Positions 1 to 14,000 of a stretch of 64,000 nucleotides of DNA are shown one piece after another; within the stretch, counting starts at the first letter, position 1, and each line of letters begins with the position of its first letter. The DNA comes from Tubiluchus corallicola (taxonomy: Eukaryota > Animalia > Priapulida). Position numbers and translations under genes: made by a program. The stretch covers positions 47,451 through 111,450 of the forward strand of contig JAQGDQ010000693.1 of NCBI GenBank assembly GCA_030141605.1. The letters are read 5' to 3'. The notes below the pieces were generated by a model, which was not told where the DNA came from, did not search any database, and worked only from the letters and a program-made list of their open reading frames with translations.

Positions 1-1640
1 ATCAGAAATTGAGTCGACTGAACTTCACATTGAGGTGCCTTCTGAAGTAATGTCAGTAGATTTTGAGCTTAGCAAAATTACAGAAATAGAAACTGCTGAA
101 ATCGATATTGCACCTGAACATGAAATGGGAACAGAAATTGATGCTGTTGACCTAGTCCACGAGATTGCTGACACAAAAAGTGACAAACTTCCAGACGTTG
201 CTGTTCTTGATGTTGAACTTGTGAAGCCATCAGAATATGAAGTTCCTAAGCTCACAGAAGCTGTTAGTATTGATGTTCAACTAGAAAAGCCATCAGAACA
301 AGACATGCTTCCTGCTGAGGTTAATATAGAAGCTCCACCTGGAATGACAGCAGAGGATGTTGAGCGTTCTACAGAAATTGTTGGTACTGATGTTCACCTT
401 GAAGAACCAGTAGAATCAGACATGCATCCAACTGAACTTCACATTGAGGTGCCTTCTGAAGTAACGTCAGTAGATATTGAGCCTAGCAAAATTGCAGAAA
501 TAGAAACTGCTGATATCAATATTGCACCTGAACATGAATTGGGAACAGAAATTGACATTGTTGATCTAGAGCAAGAGGTATCACCATATCCTTCTGCTGC
601 TGAGCTTGAAATTGAGAAGTTGCCTGATTTACAAACTGCTGACACTAAAAGTGACAAACTTCCAGAAGTTGCTGTTCTTGATGTTGAACTTATGAAGCCA
701 CCAGAATTAGAAGCTCCTAAGCTCACAGAAGCTGTTAGTATTGATGTTCAACTAGAAAAGCCATCAGAACAAGACATGTTTCCTGCTGAGGTTAATATAG
801 AGGCTCCACCTGGAATGACAGCAGAGGATGTTGAGCGTTCTACAGAAATTGTTGGTACTGATGTTCACCTTGAAGAACCAGTAGAATCAGAAATGCATCC
901 AACTGAACTTCACATTGAGGTGCCTTCTGAAGTAACGTCAGTAGATATTGAGCCTAGCAAAATTACAGAAATAGAAACTGCTGAAATCGATATTGCACCT
1001 GAACATGAATTGGGAACAGAAATTGACATTGTTGATCTAGAGCAAGAGGTATCACCATATCCTTCTGCTGCTGATCTTGAAATTGAGAAGCTGCCTGATT
1101 TACAAACTGCTGACACTAAAAGTGACAAACTTCCAGAAGTTGCTGTTCTTGATGTTGAACTTATGAAGCCACCAGAATTAGAAGCTCCTAAGCTCACAGA
1201 AGCTGTTAGTATTGATGTTCAACTAGAAAAGCCGTCAGAACAAGACATGTTTCCTGCTGAGGTTAATATAGAGGCTCCACCTGGAATGACAGCAGAGGAT
1301 GTTGAGCGTTCTACAGAAATTGTTTGTACTGATGTTCACCTTGAAGAACCAGTAGAATCAGAAATGGAGTCAACTGAACTTCACATTGAGGTGCCTTCTG
1401 AAGTAACGTCAGTAGATATTGAGCCTAGCAAAATTACAGAAATAGAAACTGCTGAAATCGATGTTGCACCTGAACATGAATTGGGAACAGAAATTGACAT
1501 TGTTGATCTAGAGCAAGAGGTATCACTATATCCTTCTGCTGCTGATCTTGAAATTGAGAAGCTGCCTGATTTACAAACTGCTGACACTAAAAGTGACAAA
1601 CTTCCAAAAGTTGGTGTTCTTGATGTTATGAAGCCGTCAG
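1..1640 (+). repeat. Coding tandem repeat, 471-bp (157-aa) unit, ~3.5 copies visible
   Basis: Equivalent positions at 25, 439, 910 and 1381; the first unit is 57 nt shorter; copies nearly identical. Confidence 0.95.
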
Positions 1641-2089
1641 AATTACAAACTCCTAAACCATCTGAACAAGAAGTGGTTCTTGCTGAAGTTAATGTAGAGA
1701 CTTCTGAAATGACAAATGCAAAGGCTTCTTTAGAAATAACAAGTGATATGAAATATGCAACAGAAATTGTTGGTATTGATGTTCATGTTGAGGAGTCATC
1801 AGAACCAGATATACTTCCAACTGGACGTCATGATGACATGCTTGTTGAATTAACATCAGATGTTGTTGAACATGACACATCACCGGACTTGCAAGCAATG
1901 CTTGTACCAGCCGAGTCAGATAAACCCCAAGACATATTAACACAAATTTCTGATGCACAGTTAGGTATGAAAGAACCAAAAACTACAAACATAAAATCAC
2001 CATTACACATTTTAAGTACAAAAATAGGAGAACCTGCTGAGTCAGGCTTACCAATAGCACCTCCTGAGAAACAGGACGAACAGGAACAG
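1..2089 (+). CDS. SYNE1: Nesprin giant acidic repeat exon (5' truncated by window)
   Basis: Open frame from position 2 to donor CAG|GTATCA at 2089/2090; E/P/V/D-rich repeats. Confidence 0.85.
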
Positions 2090-5000
2090 GTATCATATTA
2101 TTTTGTTGTGGTATGTTTTGAAATGTGGAACTATTTAATTATGTTTATAATGAGTACACTTGCAGAATTTGCTATGATTTGTCATCATATAATTAGTTCG
2201 GTGGAAAGACTTGTATCATTCTTTTGAAAGCTTTAGTCTGTAAATAAGAAAATATTTTGTATATAGTCAATATAATCATGGCTTTATATGCAACATATCA
2301 ATTTTTCGTAACTTTAATTATTTTTGGTATCTTTTGGGGAATATTTCTTCCGAGGTAGCTGTTACATTTTGGTTTTCCATTTAACATATAGGTTGAAGAT
2401 GCTATTGAGACAGTCAGAGAGGAGCCATTTGTTGAGCCTGGAGCAGAACCAATGCCAAAAGATGTTGATACTAAAGAAGAGACAAATGAGATAACAAAAC
2501 CAGAAGATGTTGAGCTTGAAAAAGAGCCAAAAGAAGTTATAAGTGCCTTACCCATTGACACTTTTAGAGGGGAACAAGTCACACCTCACGAGGAGTTAGA
2601 ACCGGAAGATGTTGGGGCTGAACCAAACAGGGGGGAAGAAGAACCAAAAAAAGTAACAAGTGTTTTGCCCATCAAGTTGCATAGAGAGGAACCAGTCGGA
2701 CCGCATGTTGAATCAAAATCAGAAGCTATTGGTGTTGAAGAAGAGCCAAATGAAATAATAAGTGCTTTACCCATCCAATCATTTAGAGAGGAAGTAGTTA
2801 AATTTCATGTAGAGTCAAAATCTGAAGATGTTGAGACTGAAAAAGAGACAAAGGAAGTAACAATTATCTTGCCTATTGAATCATATAGAGAACCCGCTAA
2901 ATCTCAAGAACCTGAAGAACAATTCAGTGAGGCATTTAGAGATGAACAACCAGAAATAGAGGAAGTGGATCTTACAACTGTTGTTACAGAAGATTTACCC
3001 ACGAACATGTGGGGGTATGATCCAAGAGAGCTTAGTTATGCAGAAGTGTTAAAGCTGGGTTTGCAAAAATTGGAACCACATGAGGATGAGACGTTTGTCA
3101 CCACAGAAGAATTGCAACTTGAAGGTGGCCCAATTGAAGAGGTATATATTTGTTCAGAAACTTTGTTTGTTGTGTGTGTTATCTGTTTCTTTCTTCATCC
3201 TAAAGTTGAAAACATGTAAGAGTTTATTTACACGCAATCATGTTAGTGCAATGATAGATTCACAAAATTTTGTGGTCACTTAAGTTTTACAGGATCGAAA
3301 TTCACTAAAGTGACAATTATTATAACAAACTTTTACTGTTTACATCTTCAAAGAAAATATAAAAAATAAAAACATGTATGTTTTTAATGATGTGTTTTTA
3401 ATGAACGTTGCAGGTACGGCCTGTTTATCAGGTGCATCATGATGTATTGCTGCATCGAATAATTCATCGAGTTACAGTTACTGAGATCTGGTTAACAGAA
3501 GTCGTGGAAACCTTTATGACTCGTCCTATACAACCTGGCGAAGCCAGTTACACCTTACAAGAAAACCTTGTATGTTTTGACTTACGTCTATCATGATTGT
3601 AATGTTTAAGGTCTCTAAGATATCTACAACTACTGTTATTTAAAGTAATGTGACAATCTAGGTGAAATAGCAAAATAAAAGCAACTTTACATGACATTAA
3701 AAGATCAACGTATATTTGTGCAGTGAAAATTAAACTCAATAGGAAATAAACTGTTTTTGAATTGATACTAGGTTTGTAACTAAATTTTACTGATGCGGAA
3801 TGAGTATAGAAACTATTACGTATTTCACCTGATAATGCATGCTAGCAATTTCTTTCTTGATTTTCTAAAAGGCCTGTGTTTTTAGGTGTCATTAAAATTG
3901 TATTTGGTTGTGTTTTCTTTATAAATAAGGCATCAGGAGTAGAAAGTACATGACACCTTCCATTTATTGTGTCATTATTATTGAATTATTATTTTTAACA
4001 GGATTTACAAGAGGCTATTAAGGCAAAAGAAAAGGAGCTTAGTAATTTATCCGTACTTTACACTCAGTTGGCTACACATCATTCTCACGAACCAGCAGAA
4101 GATATGCTTCCTCGCTTTTCTGCATTACAGACACAACTTTCGCAAGCTAATATTATTCTGGATTCTGGTGTAGAAGAACTTGAAACCACTGCTGAGGAAG
4201 AAGCCAAAAAACTTGCTGTTCAGCAAGAGGTTTCTTACATCATTCCTGTTGGTACACAGTGGGAGGAAGCAGAGGTTGACGACTCTGCTAGAAGTCTTTA
4301 CGGACATGATTTGAGGACAATGACATATACCGAAATGTTAGAGCTTGCTATTGAAAGGCTGCATGTGAGTGAGGAAGAACCAGAAGTGATTTCATTGCCT
4401 CAGGCTCAACCCACAGTACTGCCATCTAAAGAAGTAAGGTTTTTTAATTAAATTATTTTGTCAGTTCAAAAGTAGGCTATTCTTTTTAATAAATGCAGTC
4501 CAAGGAGCAATTTGGTAAAGTTTATAGCAACGTCTTGGACCAATTATTCATTATTTATCATTAAATATCTCATTTATCAGGTATAATTTCATACTCTGGA
4601 TAAACAGATGTTCACCGTTTTGTAAACCTGCAGGTGCAGGATACATGCAGAAGTTATCATGAAAAGTTGGTGCAGCGAATCATTCACCGAGTAGCGGTCA
4701 CAGAAGTATGGGTTACGCATGTTGCTCAAACGATTATTAACCAACCTATTCACAACCAAGATGCAGTTGCACTTCTCCAAGAAAATCAGGTGAGAGTATG
4801 TTGAACTTTAAGTGGGCAAAAATATAAGTTAAAACAATGTGCACTGTTTTGTTTGTTCTTATAAAAATGTTGGGTAATAACACTGTGAGGTTTAGCAAGC
4901 TACTAAAATACACTAAGTGTTCCAGTCATTTTTTGAAGCTTTGACTTCATATTTTACATATAGTGACCAAGAGGAATATAACGTTATAATGTATTATTAT

Positions 5001-8000
5001 GACATAATGTAATATTAGAACATCTAGTCTGCAATATTTCATGTTACTTATTATTTTTATACTACAACTTGTGTGCAGTGTTTTATGAATACCTCTTTGG
5101 ATGTAAAAGATAAACCTTTACTTGGACTGGTGTCTATAACCTGTTAGATTCATTGAATATCGCAGTGTAAAATGCAGTAGCAAATATTTCAACATTTTAT
5201 TACTAGTGCAATTGCATTGTGCAGTTTAAATGTAATAACAAAGTTTTTTCAATGATAATATATAAGTAATCCACAAGGTAAAACAACATTATTCATATGC
5301 ATTGACTACTATATTAGGCAAACTGAACAGTTCAGCGGATCACTTTGTCGGCTTGGTAAATTTTCTGTTACCTTTCTTGAGGCTATTTACTGGTGTTGAC
5401 TTTGGACGATCTGACTTATTTAAAAAAGAAAAAATAGATTAGAAAAAGACTTTTTTGAAGGGAAATTATTTTGAAATATGTGGGGATCTTGCCATTTGTT
5501 TTTGATTTTTTAAATAAATGTAATCATAGAAACTTTAATGCTTGTGTCAAAACCTGTTAATAGTGAAATGCAGTGCAGTCTTTTTTCTCATATAAAAATG
5601 TTTAGTACCATCATAGCACATAAAGTCAAAGTAGTTGTTTTTGTATGAATAACTCTGTTAGTTATAGTTTCTCTGAGAAACTTTTAAATGTAATGAGCAC
5701 TTCTGTCAATTTATAATTTATTGTTTAGTTGACTAAACTACAATTTTTTTATTTTAAATTACAAGTTAAGATTTAATTTAAACTCACAGGAAACTCAGCA
5801 GATGCTTGTATTGAAACAAGGAGATATGAATGAGCTGTTTGTTCTTTATCATCAAATTAAACTTAATGAACCAGCCCATAGAGCCGTGACCCTTCAGGCT
5901 CGCATTGATGCTGTTTTGGTACAACTTCCCGAACTGGAAAGCAAACTTCAGTCCAAAGAAATGCAACTACAACTACAAATAGATGTAAGTATGGCCTTCT
6001 CTCTAAATAGGTTAATTCATTACACTGTCTTTCTGAAAGTAAGTAGATAGCAGTGATAAGTCTGTTGTGATGCTAGCAGTACTATAACAGGTATAGTTAG
6101 CAATGACATAATAATAGTTTAGGTGGGAAGGTATAGCGAAAATTTGTACTACACGACAGTTTTTGTCAGTAGGGCCTAAATACTTCAAAGTAATGCCTAG
6201 TTGTTATTGCAAGATAAGTTAAGTTGCTGCACTCCAAATGAATTACTTGGCATTACTCAAATTTTATTTTAGTAGGGAAAAAATTCATTTAGTCCGTGAC
6301 ATTTTTGGGCATTGCAAATTCTTGCTTGAAAATGTGGAAAGTCATTCGGCAAGTCTGACAAGTATCAGATGTGTATTTACCTATGTGTAATTTCTTGTGA
6401 TGAGATGCAATAACCAAATAACTATAACTAATGGTATATAATGGTATATAGCTCTAATGGTCTATTAATTAATATTTGATAGTTCTATAATTTTTTGGTG
6501 TCTTCATGCACTATTTCTTTGTTGTAGGAATGTAAAAAGCAAGAAGAGGAAGAAAAGAAGAAACCAGAAGAAACAAAGAGTGGATTAGGTGGATGGATGC
6601 AGTGGTTAACTCAGAAAGTTGTAAGCAAACCAAAACCTGAAGAGGAGGCTAAACAAATTGACGAAGCCAAGCCTGGGGATATAGGCACGGAAGCTTTGGA
6701 ATCTAAACCTACTGATTTCGAAGACGAAGACGAAGACGAAGACAAAAAACCTGAAGAAGCAACAGACAAAGAACAAGATGTTCAACATGCTGTGGTGCAA
6801 GAACCTGGCAGTTTTGATGATGAAGTTTGCAAGATTTATGAATCTGCAGCAATTATGGAACTAAGACAAGAAGTACCGGTAGAAAATCAAGAAGATTTTG
6901 AAAAATCGGAAGCAATCGATCTCACTCTGGCATCAAGTGATCAAAGTCAAAAGGAGCCAGAGTTTGCTGACAAGGAAATACCCGTTAAAACAGAACGTGT
7001 CGTACAAGGTGACCTAGATGCGACTAGTCAAGAGGAAACAGAGTTTGATTTGCAACTTTATAAACCACAAACTTTAACTGAAGAGCAACAACCAAGTGAT
7101 TTTGAAACCAAATTAAGTCTAAAATTAAAACAAGAAGCTCTGGTTGATGCCAAAGATGCACTTCTTGAACAACCTAAGGGAGTTGCAAAGACTAAAGAAT
7201 TAGATGATTTTGACGAAAAAATAGATGAAGAAGAAGCTGATGACAAACAAGCAAATTTACCCATTGAACGTGAAACAGATGTTTGTGAGTTTTCATCACC
7301 CGAGGAACAATTCGAAGGAACTCTGGAGGATCTTCAACAAGGTCCACAACCTTCAGTGGCTAGTCCAAAAAAATACATACAAACCATTGATGAAAGGGCA
7401 AAAACGTTTACCATTGAAGAGCTTCCTAGTGAAGAGGCAGCAGATGTCACTGATGGTACTGATGAAACTTTGGTATGTTTTTCTTTGATATATAAATTGA
7501 ACTTATTTCATGATGGTCTTTGGTTTGGTGTTGTAGATTCCTACAGTTTTCCCATTCCTTGTTTTCTTAGACACAACGTCATTATTTTTGAAACAATTCC
7601 TACTTTCTGTTGTAGTTAATTGATCCAAGTGCAGTAAGTCATTCTATACTGATGCAGTCAGTAGCTGACATTGCTTTGCTGACGGAAGAGCCCTTGTCAT
7701 CAACGGACTTGACCGTTGGACAAGTTGACTCTCAGTGGGAGGTTCTGCACTGGTATCTTACACAGCAGGAACTTCAGCTTACCGGAATGGCGTCTCCTCC
7801 TGAAGTATGTAGTTTGTTTTTCATTTCAAGTCATAGTACTGTAACATATATATATATACATATATATATATATATTCTAGCTTAAAATAGTGACAATTGT
7901 TTGCTACTTTTTTTGCAGTCTTTAGTTCTGTTTGCATGCCTTATTTGTAATAAACATTCGATTAATCTTGGAAATCAATCTTATTTAGTCAGATTAACCA

Positions 8001-11000
8001 ATAAAACAAAATATGCAGTGTTTGTTTTTCAACCAACTAATAAAGCAGGTGTACATCTGTTTGATAAAAATCCATTCAAAATAAAAATCCTTTGGTTTTA
8101 GGATTGCTGGCTTCTCTAAAGTCCATTCTTATTTTTGGTGAGAAATTGTAAACTAAATTCTTAATGTTTTGCTAAGTAGCTTATATTTTGTATGTCTGGC
8201 AATGCTTGGCAGGACTAGGAATGCTTTATTAATTCACCTTTCACTGATTTTGTATGTGTACTGCAAAGGTGGCTTGATTTCTACATGTATTGTAATGCCA
8301 GAATTTAGTAACTTGCCGACATAATCTCTGAGGCTTATTTATTTTTTGCTCGTTTATTAAAGTTATTGCTGTATTTTTGTCTGGTTAAAACTAGATTGGT
8401 GTTATTGTTGTATTTGTTAGACTGCCTGCTTTATATGCTTGCTTTAATTGAACTATCATGCCAGGAAGTGAAAGTTGTTCATGGACACTTTTACATTAAT
8501 ATTGTTTACATCTAAAGCTGAAATAAAAAATTTTAGCAAATGTAGAATTATATTTTGAAATTCCATATATTTCACTGCTGTTGCTTTTCACATACTTTTT
8601 AGGGATTTTGTTGTTTTTCATATTTATATGTAGTGTATAACTCTTACCTTTCATTTTTTTAATATACAATTTCTGTGTGCCAGCACGATTTTTAATTATG
8701 ATTTGTCAGCAGGATATGGAAGAGAGGCAGCGTTTTTTTCGTACCTACCACATTTTAACAACTGAAACCACTATCACTGAATGGATTACTGTACAGACTT
8801 TGATCACACGCTTATATCAGTACTATACAGCAATTCAGGATACTTTGCCCAATGATTCTCAAGCTCAGCTGCTACTGCTACAGATGTTAAAACAAACCAT
8901 AGAGCAATTGTGCATGTACATTACAGCCATGCAAGTTAGACTTATGAAACCTTCAGGAGAGGATCTGGAAGTGCAGGTCATACAGAATGAGGTAAGATTT
9001 TTGAAAGTGTTAAAATTTCTATATACTTTGTTTAGCACTTACAGCCTTTTAGGGCGAGAGAAATACATCAGTATTGAATCAAAAGTGTTTTTCTTGAGAT
9101 TATGCAATTGTTACCTTTTTAACCAAGGCACCAAGCGTACATATACCTCTAGATTTTATTTGAAGAAGATTATTTTTGTGGCCCATAACTATTTTATTCG
9201 ATCATTTTTAGCGTGACCACATCAGGAATTTGGAAAATTTCCATATGTTGAGCCTGGAAGATGATGTAGCACATAATGTTGTGATAATTGCTCCATGTTA
9301 AATTTTTACATGTGCTTTTGATAGACTATGTAATTGTATGTGTGTGCATGTAATGCAAAATGTTTCTTGCCTGATAAAAAATAGTTGTCCACTATTCATA
9401 TGCACCTTTGATTTATTCAAGTAATATTTCAATATGTTCTTTATGGCAAGTATCTTCGAAAAAATCTTTATCTTGCATCTTTTTAGGAACTGATCGATGA
9501 CATCAGAAGAGCTGCAGAAGAAGTATCTATCTTGCAAGAAGTGGCTCCTCTCTATATTGTTCATGCTTCACCACGTACACATGTTTTAGTAAAGCAGTCA
9601 TTGACTTTGATGCAGAACAGACTATCAACTCTTGAAGACAAAGCAGTGGAAAAAGGACGACTTTTGCAAGAGAAGAAAAACCAGGAGGCTGTCATACAAG
9701 TAAGAAATCATGAGTTACAATAAGTCAATAAAAATTATGCTCTGTTTTATTAAAAATGTTTGGTCACTTGTTGTCTTTCTTATTTACTGAATATGTTGAA
9801 CATGACGTAAGAAAACAATTATAAGAAATATTGTTGATATAAAATTAACAGAAATTGAGTAAATTTTGATATATGAAGACTTGTGTTAGTTGTTCAAACA
9901 TAGCTGGTATGGTGATTTCAAAATGCAACTTCTTTCACTTTGGTTTTTGCTTATCAATAACTCCACTTATTTAGTATGAAATACATTCAGGAAGAAACAA
10001 ATTCAGAAAAAGTGCCAAATCAGTAGGATTATTTTAGTTATGCTCTTTTTGTTAAGAATTGTATTTTTGTGGCTAGATGGAAGTGCACAGGTTGTTAACA
10101 TTAGTGACAACGGTATGGGAGCAGTACACAATAATCGTCAACAACGAAACATTGTCAGCAGCAGAACAGCAATTACCTCTTCAGGTAAGTCAATTCTTTT
10201 TTATATTGAAACTTTAGAAATAATTTAAAAAATTCTTCCAATGAACGCCATTGTATATGACAATGATTGTGATGGCAAAAGGAGCTCTAAAATTTTCTGA
10301 AAATTTTGTTCTTATGAGAAATGTGAGCTACTGCAACAATGAATAATAGAAAAAAAGCAGTAAAGTTTCACCAGAAATGCTAGGTAAACTCATTATTGAT
10401 GGAGTCATTTTGAAATGACATTCAAAAAGATAGATCTTGAAAAGTTATGGAATACTGTTATTAGGCAGTCTACTAACATTGCACGTATTACAAAAATACA
10501 GTCATCAGTTTTACTTAGCATTTGCCATTTCGCTACTTTAATGTAATGCTAGTAATGTGTGGCAATACAATTAGTCCTTATAAATGTGTTAAAAGAAAAC
10601 CAGATGATTTTTTAGACTAATTCTTATTTTAATTTACTGTCCAAACTATACATTTTCTTACCTATAAAAATTAGCAATTGATTCTTATATTTGAATAATT
10701 TGTTTAGGAAGTTAATTAATGGCAACCGAACACACCTATTGCTTACGTCAGAAACTAACCACAGTTTGTGCAATGGGAGGCATCTTCCTTTGCGCGTCAA
10801 GCACGTTTGCACATGTGTTACTGCTTAAACGTGTGAAGTCACAAAAATAGGCTCTTATATCATATGATGCCAGAAACTAACACTGCAGTTCATGATCGTG
10901 GTTATCACGGTACCACCTTCTATTTGTCGGCCACACACATGTGACAAAAAGTCGGCGTTGCCAATCTTTGTAGATTCACTGAGCTTTGAAAGTTTAACAA

Positions 11001-14000
11001 AATTTGGGTATCCGAGGTAATTATTATTTATTCTAAGCTTTGACTTAAAAAAAGCTATTGTAGTTTTCGACATTTTAGAGCACACTTTATTCTGAACTCG
11101 TGTTTACACAATCATCCGGTTTTCCTTTAACATTAAAATCTTATTCAGTCTGCAAGTTAAGTCTGGAACATTTTGCTTTTTGTAATGAAAGATTTTTGAT
11201 TGCTATATGTATGTGATACCTTCTAGCAACTTGGTTTTTGATATTATAAAAACAATAAAATGCTTGTTTTAAATGTGAATTAGCAGATGACAACATTTTA
11301 ACAACTGAACATCTTACTGTACAGCATTTACTTACATGATGTCCCACACTACTAGCACTGTTGCTCAAGCTTTCTGTATGAGCTTATGGCAGTGGGTTTA
11401 ATGCTCTTACAATTGTAATATTTAATTTCTATTCAAAAAACCATTTTGCCATTGATAAAAGATTTATTTGTCAGTTACTATTAATACATATTTGCCTATT
11501 ATAAATGTAGTAATAAAAGTTCTGGCACACATTAGGCATCTACGTTGATAGTCAGTGTATAAGACGTGAGCTGTTTTAGCATGGTTTTTGTTGGAGAAAA
11601 GCACATCCTATATAGCAAAAATATGGTAGGTAGAAGTATATCACTTGTGAATCCTTCTAGAAACAGACTAAAACATTGTAACAGATGCAAACCACAGTTA
11701 CTTAGACTGGACTTTGTTTTCACAGGAAGCTGAGGGCAAGCTTGCCGAATGCGAGGATGGAGTAAATCAGCTTCTGATTGTTAACACAGATCACCTAGCA
11801 ACTGACACAGCATCCAGCATTTATCAACTCAGTACCAATTTCCATAATTTGCGGTCACTGCTGTCCACTCGTGTCGTGACCTTGCACAAGACTGTGGCCA
11901 TCCAGAACCTGTATGAGAAATTACTACAGGAGTATGTGATGTTATTAGAAGCCGGAGAGAGGAAACTGCAGCATGTAACAGCCGCAGATCTTGATGATTT
12001 GAAATCACAAATCATTGCAAATAAGGTAAAAGTTTTTATAACTAAATTGGTGACCACGGGGATTGTATTGTGTAGTTTGTAATACATGTTGTGATGGGCC
12101 TGCCCATGTGCTGCATTTGTGAGGTTTTAAGCCAGTGTTTCATGTCTCTGCAACTTTTTGGAACGATCGAAGATTTTCTGTCCAACAGTCGCTAAAAAAT
12201 TCCCCCAACCATGTTTTCTCATCTAAGTTGCAAATTATTCGTGTAAAGTTTTAAATATTTCGCACAATTTTCCCCACTTTTTGGCAAATTTCAAGGTTTT
12301 TTCTAGGGCAAAAATCGTGAAAAGGTCACATGAAATTCATATGCCAAGTTTGCATGTGACGCTTATTCGACAAGGCGAATGTTGCACGACATTTGCGCGA
12401 GCACATTGCAATCATTTCCTTAATATGTCACAGGATTTGCATGGAAAAAATGCTAGACGAGCAAGCTTCTCCAAAATGTTGAAAAATAGCCCAAAGTTGT
12501 CGCAGCAAGCATCTCAAAATGTTCTCTAAGTTTTCATGAATTTTGAAATCGTTGACGATCATCACAAATAATTGGGCACATATTTGTGCAGGTGTAGCAC
12601 ATGTTCATGATAGTTTGGAGAAAATGATGAACAACCACAAATGATTTGAGACTATTCAGGGAACTTTTGGATCATGTCTTGTGACTGTCTGCCATTTTCA
12701 GATAGTCGCCAAATTCATGAATCCTGTGAAACACCGCTTTCGTTTTTTTTAGTGCCAGTGCACAACACTTGTGACAATCAAGCGGTACAAGTTTGATTTT
12801 AAATATCCAAATATGTTGCAAGTATGAATATTAAAATTCTGAAAATTAAATTAACTACTTTAAAATTAAATACAGTTTTACCTTTAAATGCTTGAAATGA
12901 AAATGCTGTTACAGTTACAGTTAACCATCTTTCAATTTTAATAAATCTGTAGTTAATTTTGTATTGTTTTCATAAATGCTTGTTCCCTATTTTATTTGTG
13001 AAGATATATTAATAATTTTCCATTGTGTTGCAGAAATTCTTTCGATACCTGTGCATATTCCATGCCATATTGAACGCTGTACGTGATAAAGCCGATCCTG
13101 TTACCAGAGAACACCTCGTTCAGAAACATCAACACGTGACTAAGCGCACTTTTGCTGCCCATGCTCAGGCAGTAGACCATGTGGTTAATTTAGAGTGCAT
13201 TGCTCGTCAGTGGTCAGAGTTTGAGCAGCAGAGACTGAAGATGAATGACACAGTAGCTGACGTATATCAGCAATATAAAGCTGCCAAATCCTGCACTTCT
13301 GATCAGGAGTTACTTGCTGCATTGAAGGTTAGAAATCTTTAATTGTATTAACTGAGACAACAAATTTTACTAATTAACTGTAAATAGATGGGCCCAGCTG
13401 AATTTGCCAAAATTAAAGGTAGCCAAATTAGGCCACAGAACATTCACTAGCTTCTGGAAATTACCTTTGTAGTATGTTTCTTTGTGGCATGGTTTCATAT
13501 AATACGTGAAGCAAAATTGCTGCTTAATGATACTTTAGTTTAAAATGCAGTGGTATTTCTTTACTGCCTGTCATGTGCTGCATAAAACACAAGTTCATTT
13601 TTTGAGAGCTTGTCAGTGGCATTGCTAGGGAGGCGGACCGCCCTGGGTGGCAGTCCTCAGAGGGCAGCACTTTGTAAAGTTCACTGAAAAAATTGATTTT
13701 GTTGGAGCAGTAAAATGGCAAAACACTTGACACGATTTAATTTTCCACTAATTAAAAATGCCGGTTACAGTGCTTTCTGCCGAAAATTTGTCGCAAAGGA
13801 AGAACATAGTTAGTAATGTATTATTTTTATAATGTTCACACTATATTTCTGTGCAGTACACGTCCTTGAATTAACTGTGAGTTGCATTCATAATCATGCT
13901 TTTTCCTGCATTAATGTTATTTTGAAGAAGCCCCTGAGTGGGCCTATCGTAGTTTTTGATACCCGCAGTGAGAATTTGTTTCTTTACAAGTTATTTTTTA

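Noticed and set aside
25-2774. Ser-rich minus-strand ORFs (25-255, 439-726, 910-1197, 1381-1599, 2298-2582, 2586-2774)
   Set aside because: Antisense shadows of the Glu-rich repeat exons; they recur with the repeat period.
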